A stretch of DNA of 64,000 bases from Escherichia phage A7_1. Numbering within the stretch: the first letter of the stretch is position 1; every line of letters starts with the position of its first letter. The notes under the pieces are model-generated. The model did not search any database, was not told the DNA's origin, and worked only from the letters and a program-made list of their open reading frames with translations. Where the stretch lies: sequence record OP795442; one strand, 5' to 3'. The position numbers were made by a program, and so were the translations under genes. This document shows, piece after piece, positions 63,901 through 64,000 of the stretch.

Positions 63901-64000
63901 TGTTGACAAGGTCAGTGCTTTTATGCATTGGCCTTTATTTTTTATCCTTTTTATGGTAATATACCTTTTATCGGTTCAAGTCAAGAACTAAAGGAGAATT

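Overview
This 64-kb window reads as part of the genome of a virulent tailed phage (Caudoviricetes) whose host uses sigma70-type promoters; its tRNA-Gln and tRNA-Pro genes resemble those of E. coli (from memory). Everything here was worked out by eye from motifs and codon-level reading; no database search or folding was run, so product names are motif-based inferences. Layout: (1) 1-7.8 kb, plus strand: about 27 small ORFs, most behind their own TTGACA-N16-18-(-10) promoter followed by a short GC hairpin and RBS, closed by intrinsic terminators; several genes under 60 aa are missing from the ORF track. (2) 7.8-9.7 kb: a non-coding, repeat-rich zone where the two transcription blocks converge (iteron-like direct repeats, a C5TC5TC5 tract). 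(3) 9.7-58.9 kb, minus strand: one long early/metabolic block with T4-like DNA ligase, FEN/RNase H-like nuclease, RuvC-like and endonuclease VII-like resolvases, DEDDh exonuclease, dNMP kinase-like, HAD hydrolase, ThyX-like, NrdA/NrdB/glutaredoxin/NrdD/NrdG, PhoH, M15 L-Ala-D-Glu peptidase, ClpP-like protease, small Dam-like MTase, CCA-adding enzyme and a Pol-beta-type nucleotidyltransferase, plus many small paralogous ORFs. Two disrupted genes stand out: a NADAR-domain gene split by a 1-nt frame change, and the third member of a tandem trio of glycine-rich RCC1-like repeat proteins, broken by a perfect 55-bp tandem duplication. (4) 58.9-59.3 kb: divergent control region with back-to-back promoters, a 19-bp direct repeat and five GATC sites in 49 bp. 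(5) 59.3-64 kb, plus strand: small ORFs, a tRNA cluster (CAU, Tyr, Gly, Gln, Pro plus two tRNA-like elements with non-canonical anticodon arms), a terminator and a spanin-like pair. No integrase, transposase, CRISPR array or virion structural gene was recognised. The mix of T5-like (M15 endolysin) and T4-like (ligase, endo VII, NrdC) hallmarks means family placement is open.
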